From Ophelia neglecta (taxonomy: Eukaryota), in contig OZ260664.1 of NCBI GenBank assembly GCA_965285935.1, positions 68,758,001 to 68,822,000 of the forward strand: DNA of 64,000 nt, read 5' to 3'. A model generated the notes under the pieces. The model searched no databases, had not been told where the DNA came from, and saw nothing but the letters and a program-made list of their open reading frames with translations. The stretch's first letter is position 1, and each line of letters begins with the position of its first letter. This document shows positions 39,201 to 53,780 of this stretch, piece after piece. The position numbers and the translations under genes are program-made.

Positions 39201-41342
39201 TGTTGAGACTATGATTTGTAAAGCGACCACCGCTTTACTGGAGTCAATAAGCCAACAAACTTATCAAGAGAATGAATTTAACTGTACGCGTTTATCACTC
39301 CCATCGTCATTGATATTCAACATCACCATTTCGATTAGCTCAACTCAACACAACCAAAACATAGGGAAAAATGTGGGGAAAGGTTGAACACTCAAACAAA
39401 TGTGACTTCTGAATTTTCCTAGCAATATGATAATTACTCATTTGATACGATTGCACGAGATGGTTAGAGACACTCAATCTTTAGTTTACTACATGCAAAT
39501 ATGGACTGCATTCTAAACCTTTAATTATAATACATGGCGTGAAATAGTTATATAATAGACGCGAAGTAATAAGTTTCATGCAACACATTGCAACACTACA
39601 TCCTATACATGTTGTATTTAGACAAATAAGCCCAAATACGCTTAATGTGATTTTTTATAACCTGATTGTCCTTTTCAAATTCGGACATGGCTGACTGATT
39701 CACCTGACGTCTACTAGGAGCTTTTTTCGGCAATCAATTAATATAGCAAATGGGCTGAATAAGGACTAAATAAGACTTGAACATGTTGAACAACGTGCAA
39801 GCTACACAAACAACTGTAATAAGCAGCATGTAAAATATACCATATTCAAGTAAAACTACAGATAGTGTGCCTTTAAGCCAACCAAACCCAGAAGAATTCA
39901 GCTTGTATTAAAGGGAAGGATTTTGACTACATCAAAATAAATTGCTAAAAAACCTCCCCCATGAGAGAGCCAAGGGGACGTGATGGTAACTCGCGTAAGA
40001 ATAATATATGAGCGAATGAAGGAATGTCGGATCTACTTACAATATTTATATTTCATCGTACGTCGAATATGTCTTACCGGTAAAAATATTGCCACACTAG
40101 GGCTTTGATGGATTAGGGGAAGGGGCGCGGTGTGATATATTGGCATCCCGTGACAAGCTGGGCAAATGGAGGCAGCCTCGTAAGGGACAAGGGATTTGTT
40201 GGATAAAATATGGCTACAAAGGTTTATTCGTGTTTATATTTTACAAAGTAAAAGCACATTGTTTTGGAGTTAACGTTATCTTTTAAGCTTTTAACAGTGC
40301 GAAAGCGCATGCGCAAATTTGTAATCGAAGAATGAAACAAATCTATGGTAGCCGGCACAGAGGCAAGGTGGAGGCACAACTATTATATTTGATATCAATC
40401 GAAATGGCATACAAGACCTTTTTCGATCATACAGAATTCACAATTCGTCTATTTGAATTGGTAAAAAGAAAGCTCGCTCTCTGAAAATCATTATTTTATC
40501 CAAATACTTTTAATAAAACTTCCATGATGTATATATTTTATCATTTGAATACACAAATAAAGGATTTGTTGTTACAGTGCTCTGTATATAAAATAATTAA
40601 TTGCCTGATTACATGAAAGTTAAATCTAAGTTACAATATGGCGTCAAAACTCCTAGCCACTCACACAATTTTGACCAAGAATAACCTCCTTCTGACTGTT
40701 ATCTACAATAATCTAAATACTGCTGGTAATATTGCGACCAGTGCAATTGTTGTAGAGAGGAAGACTATTTCATGAGACACATGCCAGGTGGCTACCGATC
40801 TATTTCCCGTCCATTGTCAGGCCTTCAGGCCTCGACGGCGGAGGCAATTATTATCATTCTGTCAAGATAATATTTACTGGAGATTATCAATCGAGCTTAA
40901 TGGTCGTCCATGGATTTCTCTATTGTTCAAGATAACAAAATGAGCCGGCGTAGAACATTTAGGAAACCAAACGACATTCCGGCAAAAGTCAGGCATGTTC
41001 CAGCGCCGCTAGGACAATGGCGGAATGATAAATGTGTGGGATTAGGATAAATCTCATTGTGATTATTCCAGTAGTCTTGTAATCATCCGCCTGAGTAGTA
41101 CAGCTCGTTAACCCGGTGATCTGCCCAAGGGGACGCCACTCCGTGCCAAATGCCTTCAGAGTTTACTGGGAACTAAAATACAATGATGGTGATTTGTCGA
41201 AGGCTATAAGCTGTAAGTTTCGCATAAAATGTACAATTTGGCAACAGCTACAAACTTATCTTTCGGAATGACTATGGGAAATGATATACTGTGCAGTATA
41301 TGATTATAGTCTCCCAGCAGTGCATGTACATGCATGTGTACA

Positions 41343-41519
41343 CAGTTTTCCCTGCGATGTATGGACACCTCTACTTCAAAGCAAAAATGTCCCTACCTTG
41401 CAGGTGTCCCTTCATTAGAGGTAAATTAACGTAGAAAAGATAGGACAAGGGCATTGAAAAATGTCCTGTGGTCGGAGGGAGTCCCTTCATTGGAGGGTCC
41501 CTTCATCGCAGGACCACTG
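41343..41519. mobile_element. Tc1/mariner(pogo)-type MITE (177 bp)
   Basis: Imperfect TIRs CAGTTTTCCCTGCGATG / CATCGCAGGACCACTG. TA follows the right end (41520-41521), while the left flank is CA. Internal repeated GTCCCTTCAT(T/C) motifs. Confidence 0.8.
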
Positions 41520-44187
41520 TACCACAGATTAAATAATTAACATATAGGCATTTTAAGGGACAACCTGTGTGAACCAGGATAAAATGGGCCTACACTTAAG
41601 TTAGGCTTTACAATTAGCTCATGATTACAGTAGACCTCTGTTTTAATAATTCGAACAGGAAGCGGTGTGTACCTCATGACCTAACACAAACCGTGCTTAC
41701 CGCAAACAAAAAAAACTGCTGATGATATTGTAATGAGTCGTGTGTCTGCGCCTCGTTTTAGACATATTGTCTGCAACGGGAGAAATCGGGAGAAGTGTCC
41801 TTGTCTGCATTTGGTAACCTTATCTACATTGATACAGGCCTACATTTGTATTTTTAATCCATGTTTAGACTTGTATGGATTTTCGACCTGGGGAGTGTCA
41901 TTAAATCTTAAGATTTTTACGTCTATTTCGATCAGTTCTATAGTGATTCAGTCTTATTCATAGCTAGATGAGTCTGAACTGACTGACCCTTTTGGCGCAG
42001 CGTTCCGCATTCAACCAGTTCCTGTATGTAAGGTCGGCCTGTTGAAGACTAAAGGCCAAACCAATAAATGTCACGTCCGTTCTATTTGTCCCGGGAGCAC
42101 GTCAATTACTCCCGGTATAGATTATCGGAACTACAATATCCATATGTGTACATGTACAATACAGCTCTACTACAAAGGCATTAGCCAAATCATTTTGGTA
42201 AGTGCCGCCACAAGAATGAACCAGTAAAGTAACGATAGATATATTGATTCCGTGCTTTCAGGGATCACATTTCTATGTCATTATATCCTAATAAAGTCAT
42301 TAGATTGATAACCTTTGCTGTACAGTATTGTTTTGCCACGAATGTAAACAATTTATCAGAATGCTGAGCCATCAAAAACACATCAAATATACATTATTTA
42401 TCATTTGATACTATTATGTATGAATGACTCGGGGGACAACCTTTACCTCTTGAGAGTCGGACGCTTGCCAAGCACACAGCTGAGACTATAGCTGTCGATA
42501 TGCTTATAGCTGTTTAGTATGATTTGATATCAAAATACTTGACTCATCACTGAAATACGGCACTCAGGCGGTATGCTGGCCTGCAATCCACACGCTATTT
42601 GGAAATATAGTTCGGTATACGACATTAACCATCCCGATAACTTCCTCCAAACGAAGGATGCGACCTTGCGACGCAAAACTGATCATTTGTTCGCAAACTC
42701 GCCTTCATATATTTACTACACCGCCACTCACCTGCACCAGGATTTAACCCATTTCCTTTAATCTTCTCCCGAAGATTGCCTAAATAAGGCTGATAAATAA
42801 CGTTTTTCAAGCCCCCCCCCCCCCCAACCCGGCAACCGTTCAGTCCATTTTTGACGGCACACCGATTTTTGTCTAAATTTACTTTATACAAAACGAATGT
42901 CATTTTGCCTAAAGTCGCTTCCATTAAACATTTCAAATTTTCCTTTCTCGACCCCAGTCTCGGAGATCACAGTTATTTGTAACACCGTTGAATCGAGGTG
43001 GTAGCGTTCATTAAATATGCATGTAAATGGGAACAAACTGATGGATCTAGTAGCAGCACAAGATACATTGGTGCCTTGCGCTAGCACTCTTGGTAGATTG
43101 AGCACTCACTCCGGATGGGCGCTTGTCTTAAGGCTGAAAAGCCCAAGGCAAAAGATGCAAATATATATCTTTAAATATGATTGACTGTCGATGTTCTATA
43201 CCTCATGGAGTCTCTGTTTATCTACCAGAGAAATGGTATCAAGGGACTTACATCTTTTCCAGTGAGTAGCCATAGGCTGATGGCGTGTTTTTATTTATTG
43301 TTGCCTGGCGATGTAGGTCGATACGGCAGACGATCCAGTGTTCTCCATGAGAGGAAGTGGCCGGAAAAGATCAAAAGCTGAGCCGACAAGAAAAACAAGC
43401 CTCTGGCAGATTCGATTTTCACAAGCATGTATCTAAATAGATATACATACCCTTGTTTCTGTTCGATTGCCCTTCTGGGGGTCAACATATTTCTCTTGAA
43501 GCCCATAAAAGGTTTAAGCCATAAAAGGTTTAAGCTTTTTTGTGTTGTTTTCTTTCCAAATTTAGTGTTTACTCGTTAAACAATGGCAGCTTGATAATGT
43601 TGTTTATATGAGACAAAACCTGAAAGTTATACGCGTGTTATTGGATGAATTAGATGGCAGATATAAGTTTGCAGAACCTTCCAGAACAATGGTCCAAGGC
43701 CCTGAATAAAGACTCAAACAATACGTCTAAGTACACGGCGTCTCTCTAGGGCAGGCTGCTAGGCTGTCACTACAGGAATGTCGCCAGTAAAACGTGATAC
43801 CATCAAAGTAAAATACGAGAGTAAGACTCGCGAGGAGACGGAACATCATAATGAAAATGTTCAGCAATATATAAGGGCAAGGCTTTTAATCAGAAATACT
43901 TCCAATGGGAAGTTTAGATACGGTAAATTACAACAATTCGAGAGATTAGACCGAAGTACTATCATTCCGCGCACGGCGTACGCGCAGCAAGGAAAGTATT
44001 AATGCACGAAACAACTTTTTTCCCTATATTATTGCCATAACCTATATATAAACAAATGACCACAAGTGGAAATGTCACAAAACCAAATAAATCATATGCA
44101 CCTAAATGAACCACCTGCTACAGACTGCATGGAAGAAAACGCTCTGAAAGAGTGATTCATAAAAACGAAAAAAAAAGGTGTACTTAC

Positions 44188-44260
44188 TTGACAGATGTAT
44201 GAGTAGGAGTCCTGCCAGAAAAGTTCCAAATCCGGAGAAGTAGGTCTTATATCCAAACAT
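44188..44260 (-). CDS. First coding exon segment: signal peptide of the NCAM/Fas2-like protein
   Basis: ATG at 44260 in context GAAATCATG, reading MFGYKTYFSGFGTFLAGLLLIHLS + A|GTAAGT (phase 1). It joins AC of the 33005 exon to give ..LIHLSNC|QHAVI.., a plausible cleavage before Q. Confidence 0.85.
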
Positions 44261-44504
44261 GATTTCTGTTCAATTAGGGTCGATTAGATATCCAATTAGT
44301 CGCCTAGTAACGCACTAATAAGTACTCTTACTGACGGTCTGTAATAATTGCGATCGATTTGAAACCTAATCCGTGTACTCGAGTAGTTATTAAATTGTAT
44401 CCCGACTGAGCTCGTCCACACGGTGAGTTGTGGGCTGACAATGTCAGATTCGTCGCTGATTCACCACACGGTCAGCAGGGTATCCTAAGCAACAGTCCTA
44501 TTTC
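44261..44504 (-). other. 5' UTR part of the signal-peptide exon
   Basis: Strong acceptor TTTTTTGTTTGATTGCAG| at 44505. The 244 nt before the start codon contain no ATG, which implies at least one non-coding exon upstream. Confidence 0.7.
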
Positions 44505-46468
44505 CTGCAATCAAACAAAAAATGCAATTAAAATATGCAAATCCAAATCTTATTATTATATTAACATTTTGATAATATATTGTGTCTCGGCTCAGGTATG
44601 TAAGCTAAGCGTTGACATACTTTTGGAGGTATAAGATCAGCTTGAAACTCGCTATGGCGTCATTTCAATAAAGCGGTTACACAATATTAAGCTATAGGCA
44701 AAACATTGTCGGAATGTCCTTATTACACAGACACGGTATTCAACCTCAAGGGTATTAACACCGTGACTAAGGATGACCGTTATAAATGATCTTTCAGGAA
44801 CACAATGATACATAATATGATATGCACCTGTATACATAGTATCCCATAATGATAGGAATGGGGTGTTAAATACAGGGCGACTTTGCTAAGCCCTGGTGCG
44901 TGATGTACCATACCGCCACGGGTGATTTCTATGTTTTCACCTACTTCGGAATCAAATACGATATTACTATACACAGCTTGTTGAGTTCAACATAATCCGA
45001 GGAAATCTATGAAATCGTTCTGCAGATAATAATCGTTTCGGTTCAGGAACCAGACGACAGGGATACTTATTTGTCATCATCCCTAGTGAGATGAGACAAG
45101 CCTCACTAGAGATCGCCTTGTCCAGATATACCCGATGACTTGCAGTGAGTCAGGAGTCGGGTACATGGTGGACACAGATAAATGGTATATCGATGATGTA
45201 CAAGGTAAATCAATACGGCTGACTCCTTCCTAGTCTATTTTAAACCATTGAATCAGTTGCTGGAAGTACGAGACAAATGAGAAGAATGACACACTACAAG
45301 TTAAGTAGCAGGCAGTTCATCTGTGATCGGAAAGAGGCAGGCTATACGTCGGAAAATTGTGATCTGTAAACAGGTAAATATGACATCATTGTTTTTTGGA
45401 CTACTCTGTCAAACCAAAACGTGTATACATGTAAACGTGTACACTAATATTTATCAAACGTTGTTTTCCCTCGTTGTCATGTTAATAAAAATGGAATTAA
45501 TGTTAATAGACTTGTTTATCACTTCAAAGTCGAGCGACACACTTCATGACTTTGATCTGAATGAAATGAGTTTTTTTTCTAGGTAAAGGACTGAAAACAG
45601 ATCAAATAGAAAAACGATGTTCGAACGGCCATTTATTGATAGTCGTCGACTAAACAGTGCTGCTAATCTTAAACATAGTCTACACTTGTTGAATATAAGA
45701 CAGGTTACAAGACAAGTAAACAAAAGGCGATTTAGTGATATTAAAAACGATGCGCATATCCTGAAAGGTATGTTTGCTTCCATCGACAATTAATATACCT
45801 GCGCGACCTGGTTATAGCTTTATAAAGCCGGAGTAAGATATCCATTTAGCTTGTAATAAATCACCGAAACGGAAGGACTGAATGACTTGAACACAAACAA
45901 GTCTTCAGTTAGACACGGTATAGCCAGGCCGTGAAAGAACATCGGCTTATTTTGTGTCCCGTCCAAACCTGCCCCGAATGTCACCTGTCAAAATAACAAT
46001 GCAATGGGATCGAAGGGGGTCATTTATTTACAAACTGGCATGGCGGTTAAACATTGCATGGAAAACTAAACACCACCACCGATAGCTCACATCATGAAGT
46101 CAAAAACTTTAAGGCATCAAACTCCCTATGTCATATTAATATATTATATGATCAAACAGTTAATCGATTTTGATCTATATAGGTATGGGCATAACCATAT
46201 TACACGCATGGGAGCCCGGCATAAACCATTTGAAGATACACTTAGTATTCATTCTTTTAGTAAATATTACTAAAAGAAGGATTGAGCTGGTACAGACACT
46301 CTTGACAATAACTGATTGGTCTAAGATAGTCATGAATGATTAAGAGAAATTAAGCCATGCATTACAAAATCGGGCACATATCAGGCAGCTAAAAACGCAT
46401 ATAGTTAATGGACTTCTAAATTGTGCTGTCATATCTTGACTTAGGCATATCATAATTGTCTAACTTAC

Positions 46469-47300
46469 CTAACAGATTGTTTGTTACTTCGGAATAGTTC
46501 TGCAGACGACATTGACAATGTACTGCAAGCTTTTACATTGGCCAACTGAGTAGTTTATAATGAACGATTTCTCTCACTTTTATAAGACAAGAAAGTATTA
46601 TCTTGGTGCATTATAACTCCCATTTATCGCCACAGTTATGGTGATTACTTTGTGAGAATTTACTTACTAGAGTCGCCAACCTTATGAGGCGAGGAGCTCG
46701 ATGTTTCATCCTTGTAAGAGAGAAGTTTTAAGGTTCTCCAGTCATAGTGAGCAGATAATTGCAAATAACAATGATCTTATCCTTGTTAACCTGCATATAG
46801 TCTACCCCGTCACTGTTTCTTTTATTCGTACTAAGACAGTGACTGTTGCCTCTCACATGTCTACATTATACACCTCCTGGCACGATAACCCCTGGGATCC
46901 CTTCTGCCGCAATCAATCCAAAGTTATTAACACCGCCCGAGTCCGGGCCCGAGGCGGGAATAATGGAACCACAATAATCCAGCAACAGGCTCAGATCTTC
47001 TGTCGTCCTCAAAGGACGCCCAATTCCGGTAAATCCCTTGGTGAAATGTAATGAATCATTGGTCCAATTTCCCGACCTTTCTTGTCAGCGATGCAGACGA
47101 TAGAAGACTAGAATGCTGACGGAGCTCTGTTGACCTGTTCGCGGCACCTGCTCCATTGACAGGCGTGTCTCTACTGGGGTCTACAGTGGCTGAGGCCGGA
47201 GCAAGTCATCGCGCCTGCCAGCACTGCAGCACCCAGCACCTTCGCACATCTCTGGCGCATGATAGCAGCGGGAAAATTCAATACAGCTCCTTGAGTAGGC
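46469..47300 (-). promoter_or_regulatory. Candidate proximal promoter and non-coding first exon of the Ig gene
   Basis: Consensus donor TAG|GTAAGT at 46469/46468, initiator-like TCAGCATTC at 47119-47111, and a GC/CpG-richer block just upstream with CACCTG, TGACCT and TGACAG motifs. Several upstream ATGs in the exon lower confidence. Confidence 0.3.
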
Positions 47301-49125
47301 CCCCTGCACTACTAGACCGCCGAGTACATGGCCTACAGGCGCCATGCGTGGAATACAAATATACTACAAGTTTGACTTCTTGTGTGGAAATGAGTCCAGA
47401 GTAAAGACTAGAGGAGAATCAATGACCAAAAAGAGACTTGCTAAATACTACATCCGGTGTGGTTTAATGGATGGTTAAGGTGCAAGGCCGAATCAATGAA
47501 AACCATTATTATTATTGCCTGACCGAGATAAGTTTTATGCAGCCGTCATAAACAAATGTAAAGAAAGAGAAATAAAACATTCTGATGAAGAATTATATGC
47601 GGCCTGATGGTATAATTTCTCGTTAAACAGATAATGATATTTCGGTCTAGAATGTGCTTGGATTATATAATGTGTCCTGGTTATTCCTATATGAAGACAA
47701 TTCGCCTAGTTTTGCTTTAGCTCAATGGGTTTCATAGCTCAGCCTTTCGTTGTAAATGTGCGAGCACACAAAATGCTTAAGCCCTTTGCCTATCAAACTA
47801 TAATTACCAAGCGTTTACATGACATGGCCTTGACTTTATAGGTCATGGACATATCGAGCCATATTGAGCTCACGGCCTTGGGACATACATCAATGGCTTG
47901 GGATAAGCCAGGGATAATCCGCTCATGCACTGCGCTAGATGCGAAAAGCCTTGGGGAAATATATTGAAAAGTACATTTCCCAGACTTCAAAACTAATCTG
48001 ATTTAAAAGGTGAAATGTAGGTTAGTAAATTCGACAGCTAAGAATCGCTGCTTCATTAATGTGCACGGGAAATATTCACAAATTCAAACTACAAAAATTG
48101 GGGGTATTGCCACCGTGTAAACACAAAAAACAAAACAACCCATGCTCTTATACAGGTACGACCCGTCTAATGGTTTCTGTAACATTGTTGAATCCATGAA
48201 CTAGTTCGATGCCTGTAGCTAAGACAATTTAATGTAGATTGTCTTGGCTCATTGTTCCTAAACGTTTTCCAGCATGTAATCTGTTTTATACCGGACTAGT
48301 GCTGGGCCATATACGATATTTATGCTGATGCACAGCTCCCTGTCAAGACTTATGAAACTTGTGATAGATCGAGGTTTGGAAATCAATATTTAATGTTTTT
48401 GTCCCTTCCACCATAAACAGTATAACTAAATGACAGTCATTAAAAGACAATCTCGTTTGATTGATCCCTTGGTCTGTGAATGGTAATTTATCATACAGTC
48501 CCTTGTGTCAATGTAAACTTTATGAGCATAGTGTTCTGCACGGGTTGTCGACTCGTACCCATGGCAGGTTCTATTATGAAGATTTCTACTTGACATTAAC
48601 TTTTATAATAAATGTCATTGCTGCCGTTTGAAAAACATAAATTCGGCCATACTGGATTTAAACCTGTCACAAGTACCCTGAGACAATATGGATACTAGAT
48701 ATAAGATACGGATACATGTTTCATGATACAGATATAAGATACAAGATACGTGACACGGGATGGTTCAACTAATGGCTTGTGGGTTATTGAAATGGCGTTT
48801 ATTAGTTTATTGGCACAAGCCTATTATTAGACTATGATTAATATGTTATGGGCTGAGTTGCGGGCAGTTCAGGGTTATTGACGGTCAGTGGTTAAGCTTT
48901 AAATGTATATAAAAAGGTATTAACTCAACTCATAGGTCTGTCCTTGACCCTGCTCGGACCCTAATTTTTTTAACGTGTATGGTGTATCAGGGGTTTCAGT
49001 GTGATTATATTTTTAACCCTTTTGCACCAAGTCATTATCATATCACTTCGCATGTAAATTATACATCTTCTTTGATTATACACTTGTGATGGTGTGAAGT
49101 TTATAAACAACTCAATTGACCCGGG

Positions 49126-49352
49126 GGGCCTGTTGCATAAATCTTGTTTAGATTTGAACGGGTTAAAATATTTACCTCGTTTATTATAACTCGTTAACTG
49201 CTGTCGTGTTTATTGGATTGCCATAGTTTCAACATGTGATTAAACGGGTTAACTTTTAACCTAGGTTTATGCAACCCAATAAACGGACTAGAAAGAGTTA
49301 ACCCTCAAACTTAGCGTGTTCAGACGATAAACAAGATTTATGCAACAGGCCC
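49126..49352. mobile_element. PIF/Harbinger-like MITE (227 bp)
   Basis: Perfect 25-bp TIRs GGGCCTGTTGCATAAATCTTGTTTA (49126-49150) and its reverse complement (49328-49352). No clear TSD. Confidence 0.85.
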
Positions 49353-52300
49353 ATCATTCAACATGTCTATTTTTCTCGACATTTCGTACTCTCTTGCGGT
49401 TCTTAACATGTGGACACGACGTTGAATCATGTACCAATCAAGCCATGACCGAAAGATTAGTGGACACATGGACCATCTCAACAAACCATTGCCCTCCTTT
49501 AAAACGTGTCTGAGCGGATAACTAAAGTCCGGGGAAACAATGTTAAGAGGCAGGTGGATCCGGAGAACGGCAGCCTGTAATGCATGTACCGGGTTAAAGA
49601 AGAGACGGGAGGGAACACCATCACAAAGAGGGTACGAGCCCCTTTTAACTCCAGTGTGTATGAGCCCCCCCCCCCCCCCTCCCTCCTCGAGAACGGAGCG
49701 GTCGAGCAGGGCCCAGACCCTATGGGAGGAGACACCTAGTCCAAACCTTCCCAGGGATACCTGCCCCTCTTACAATATAGATCAGTCAGCTAATCATTGA
49801 TCTCAGTGTGGTTCTCAGTAAGAAGTCAAATATTTTTCGCACGTTGCTGATAGCCTAGTAAACAACGCAACACAGACAGGAATGTGAACTCTCAGTCTCT
49901 TGAATCGGACACGTGTCCATCCTCATTTATCGTTCATAATTTCAGGTGAACGTCACGTGCGTTTACACGCCATATTGTTCAGATCGAAACTTTACGTAAC
50001 AGAGATTGTTAAACACCGCCATAAGACAGGTACTTCAAGTATTCCAATCGTATTGAATCACTGTACTATCAAATAAGGCTGATATAAGTTGATGTAAGGC
50101 TGAAGCTAGTAGTATGGGACCCGACAGGTATTAATAACCACTTGACAAGAAGCATGTACATAAGATCCAATGAATAATGGGCTTCCCATAATTTTTTGTC
50201 AATCACACTGGCGATTATCCAAATATATTTGTTTGTAATAAAATCATTACAAATATGGTCTAAAGTAGCGTGCCGCTACCCGACACACGACTGACTGACA
50301 GAGGTGAGGCTGGTCAATAGAAGTATATTGTTCGGATTGATGGAAGCATGCCTGCTCAAACCTGCATTATGTTCAAACAAGAGCCTGGCGGTTCATACCA
50401 CGGGAGAAAATGGAAGTCCAGTCAGTTTTATTATCATGAACATTGAGAGGTTAGCATAAAAGTAGGTTTAACTCAAGTGTTGTCTATTAAAAGTCATCAT
50501 AAAAACTATTAAAATGCTAGGACTAGGCGTTGAAGTCCCCATTAATAACACATGAGGCCTACACAGCGTGGTCACAGACTTGATGTGAAGGTGAGAATCC
50601 GTGGTGGCATGTCCATGACTGCCCCCTGGCCGACCCAAAGCGACCCCATGGCGGCCCTAATACCGCCCTATGGCTGGACCATGGCCTTCATAACGACCTC
50701 GGGGCCGCTCCATAGCAGGAAGTAACAGACACGCGTCCCGGGGACTTTGACCACGGTCGCCCCAGCTGTCCTGCCTTAAGGACAAAGGGTCATTCGACTG
50801 AGAGTGCTCACCATTAGCTATTCAAGTTCAATCAAGTCTAGAGAGCCGGCCATTGGTAGATTTACATGCATATGCAAATATGCAAAGATCAAATCAGATA
50901 AAGAACAAGCATGTTTCTTATGGCAAAGGCATAGAAACTTCCAAGGATGCGAAACTTAGATAATTATGTACTAGGCCAAGTCTCATAATAAGGGTTTCAA
51001 ATACAAAACGGAAATAATTGAACAGCGAGGAAACTTTCTGTTGTGGCCTTTTTGTTAAAATAATCTTTTCTTGCTTAGAGACTGTATTGATTTTTTTTGA
51101 TAACGGCAGGTGATTTCGCTGACTGTTACCTGAAATTAAACAATTAGGGCGTCGTTTTCAGATCGACGTACTGTGAAGCTACTCCCTAACCCAGCTGCCA
51201 GCACCTGTCCTTTGTTATAGTAAGCCCCAATCTCGGTGAGATTCACCCGCGAAATGCCATGATTTGACAGCTTAATGCACAATCCATCACTTACTGAAAA
51301 ACGTAGTGCACTAGACATAAACAAACCATACTTAAATTTGATTGTGTCCGCCATTAGAGTAATCTGCGGTGGTTTGGTTCGTGATGGGAACAAGGTGTAT
51401 CTTGGGTCACGAACCTTTTGTGAATAAGCAGCGTGCTCCGCTTAACAACATGGCAACTTGTAATAGTGTCATCAATACATGTTCAGATCTTCAACTGAAA
51501 CCAGTTTTCAATTCATACTATCGACTCCCCGTTGTTTGCCTACTTTTTTGTTACGCGTGAAAAAAATAATTCGGTCAATTTATACATGGTGTCATGGCTG
51601 CCAAGTACATTCTATAGGCCTAGTCTACGAATTAATTAAATCAGCAAAATATTGAAAAACCTAGGAGCTCTTTGTTTTTTGAAAACTTCCGTGTACGTGT
51701 CTTGCTATTTTTCTATTGCTGGCTGTATCCCATGCCGCCCGGAGAGCTGATTATTCCTACACACCGGCCGAGATAACATGCAGGCTGTCCCTACCATGAC
51801 ACATGCTAATCAGAATGCAGTCTCTCGCACAAGGCTGAATTATAAATGCAAAATAGGGCAAGTGTGCGTTATTTTATTCGTGGCTTTAACCGCAGTATAA
51901 TGGTCATGTCAAGCTTAATTAATCATCCCATTGTCTCGCTCCAGAATATGACAGGGGTTTTAATACAGAAGGTAGATTTCGGACAAAGCCTGATGGACAG
52001 CCTTTTTTCTCTCTAGAGTTCTTGTCCCATACCTGAATACTAAGAGAAGTTTAGTGGTGATATGTGTCCTGACTGTAACAATAACCGAGCTCCATCATCC
52101 GGCAGTATATTTGCACGCTTTTCAATTAAAATTCAATGGGCGAATCGAATGAAACAATTGGCATTGTTCACATTAAGTGTACTAATGAGAATGTTAACAA
52201 AGAGAAGGTGAACGCCTAGTAGATTTATACTTCACGTTTGAAGTATGAGCCTGCCTCTGTATAGATTCTCCCAGAAATCTGCTGAATAGATTTTTCAGTA

Positions 52301-53484
52301 TCATAAAACACAGTTGTAGTGTTATTAATGGTGAATAGGAGGGAAGCATCTCTTAATTCCGAATATAAAACCTTGACAAAGAGTGACTTACGATCAAGCC
52401 TTGTTTTTGACATTTGCTATCTTTCATTATCGAGGCTTAATAAGCTCATTCCTTTGAAGATGTGCCTTGGACATCTTTTGATGATTATACTAGTGAAGCC
52501 TAGATAGAAAAAATCTATCTTGTGAGCAAAGCGCCAACGCAAACTTCAAGTAGGCACGAGAGGGTACTTACTTCAAACAAGGGTCCGTCCCAAAACGAAG
52601 TGTTACTGTGTCAATAATCCAACCGAATGATTATCTTAATGAATTAACCTGAAGTGTCTATTTTTTGGCTCCAAGTGTGTATTCTCAATCATATAACAGT
52701 TTCTGGAGAGAGAGAGGGCTGCTCCGAACCATCGGGACAACCCATAAAACAGTAGTAAGCTTTCGTTTCTACCACGACACCTGGTGTGGTGATTTCACTT
52801 CACTTTTTTTGGAAGCATGTGAAGTCATAGTTTTGATCATTCAAACACAGAAGAGAGGTTACCGTGATAGATGGTAAATATCGAAACAATGGAACAGATG
52901 TCTCACCAATAAAATAGAGTAGAGTCGATATGATTTACAAATAGAACACTGTACGGCTTGGTACAGGAACTATTTGATGGACCTTATTTATTAAAAGGCT
53001 ACAAAAAACGTTTTATTTTGACCTTCTGTGTAAGGATATACGTTAGGATGTTGAGTACTTTGCCCAAGGATACAAACAAGGATTATAGATAAACTGATTT
53101 CCGTTACACCGGGCTGGAAGGTCAACGATATGTTGCCTACAAACAAAACGTGACCAAGCATGTCATTGAAGAACTAATAGATCTACAGCGGTATGTTCTA
53201 AACCATAAGTTATGGGTAGTATATTTTGATAGCCTACGTATACCTAAGAAGGATTCAGTCCAGTAAAACGGATAATAAACACAGTATCGATCTAATTATT
53301 TTAGCAAACACTGTACTAACGTTATTTATACAAACGTCCTACATTTCTCACGGGAGACACTGAAAGACTGAGGTGTTTATAATTCATGCTTTGTTTGATA
53401 AGAAAAAGCAACTAAATGTTTTCAGATTGTAAAGGCAAACACTAATGTTGGCTAGTATAAGATTTAACATGGAAATCCACTTAC

Positions 53485-53780
53485 TTGAAAGCTGTGAATT
53501 CGGCAAAACCTTTAAATTCTTTCTCAATCCGGGACACTAAGCTGTGTATCTGCACATATTCTTATGAAGCTTTCCAATGTAATTTCCAAAGCCCATGGAA
53601 AAATCGCTATAATAATATTTTTACGGTGATCCTTTCATAATATAATGAGTGAAAACCAATTTAAATCCTCGGATAGTCGGTCAACATAATGGCATTCTCC
53701 CTGAATTCCTCACAGTGTCTACAGACTGTTAACGAGTCCCCTGACAAGTCACAATATCTCCACGCTGGTGTAATGTGGAT
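53485..53780 (-). other. Candidate internal non-coding (5' UTR) exon
   Basis: Acceptor GCTTTGCCTTCATTCCAG| and donor CAA|GTAAGT bound 296 nt on the gene strand, with no long ORF. Confidence 0.3.

Noticed and set aside
43503-43534. 16-bp tandem duplication (and a 19-bp one at 4992-5028)
   Set aside because: Ordinary slippage duplications with no further structure.
47714-47760. tRNA or tRNA-SINE head (GCTTTAGCTCAATGG)
   Set aside because: Only an A-box-like stretch, with no B-box or cloverleaf.
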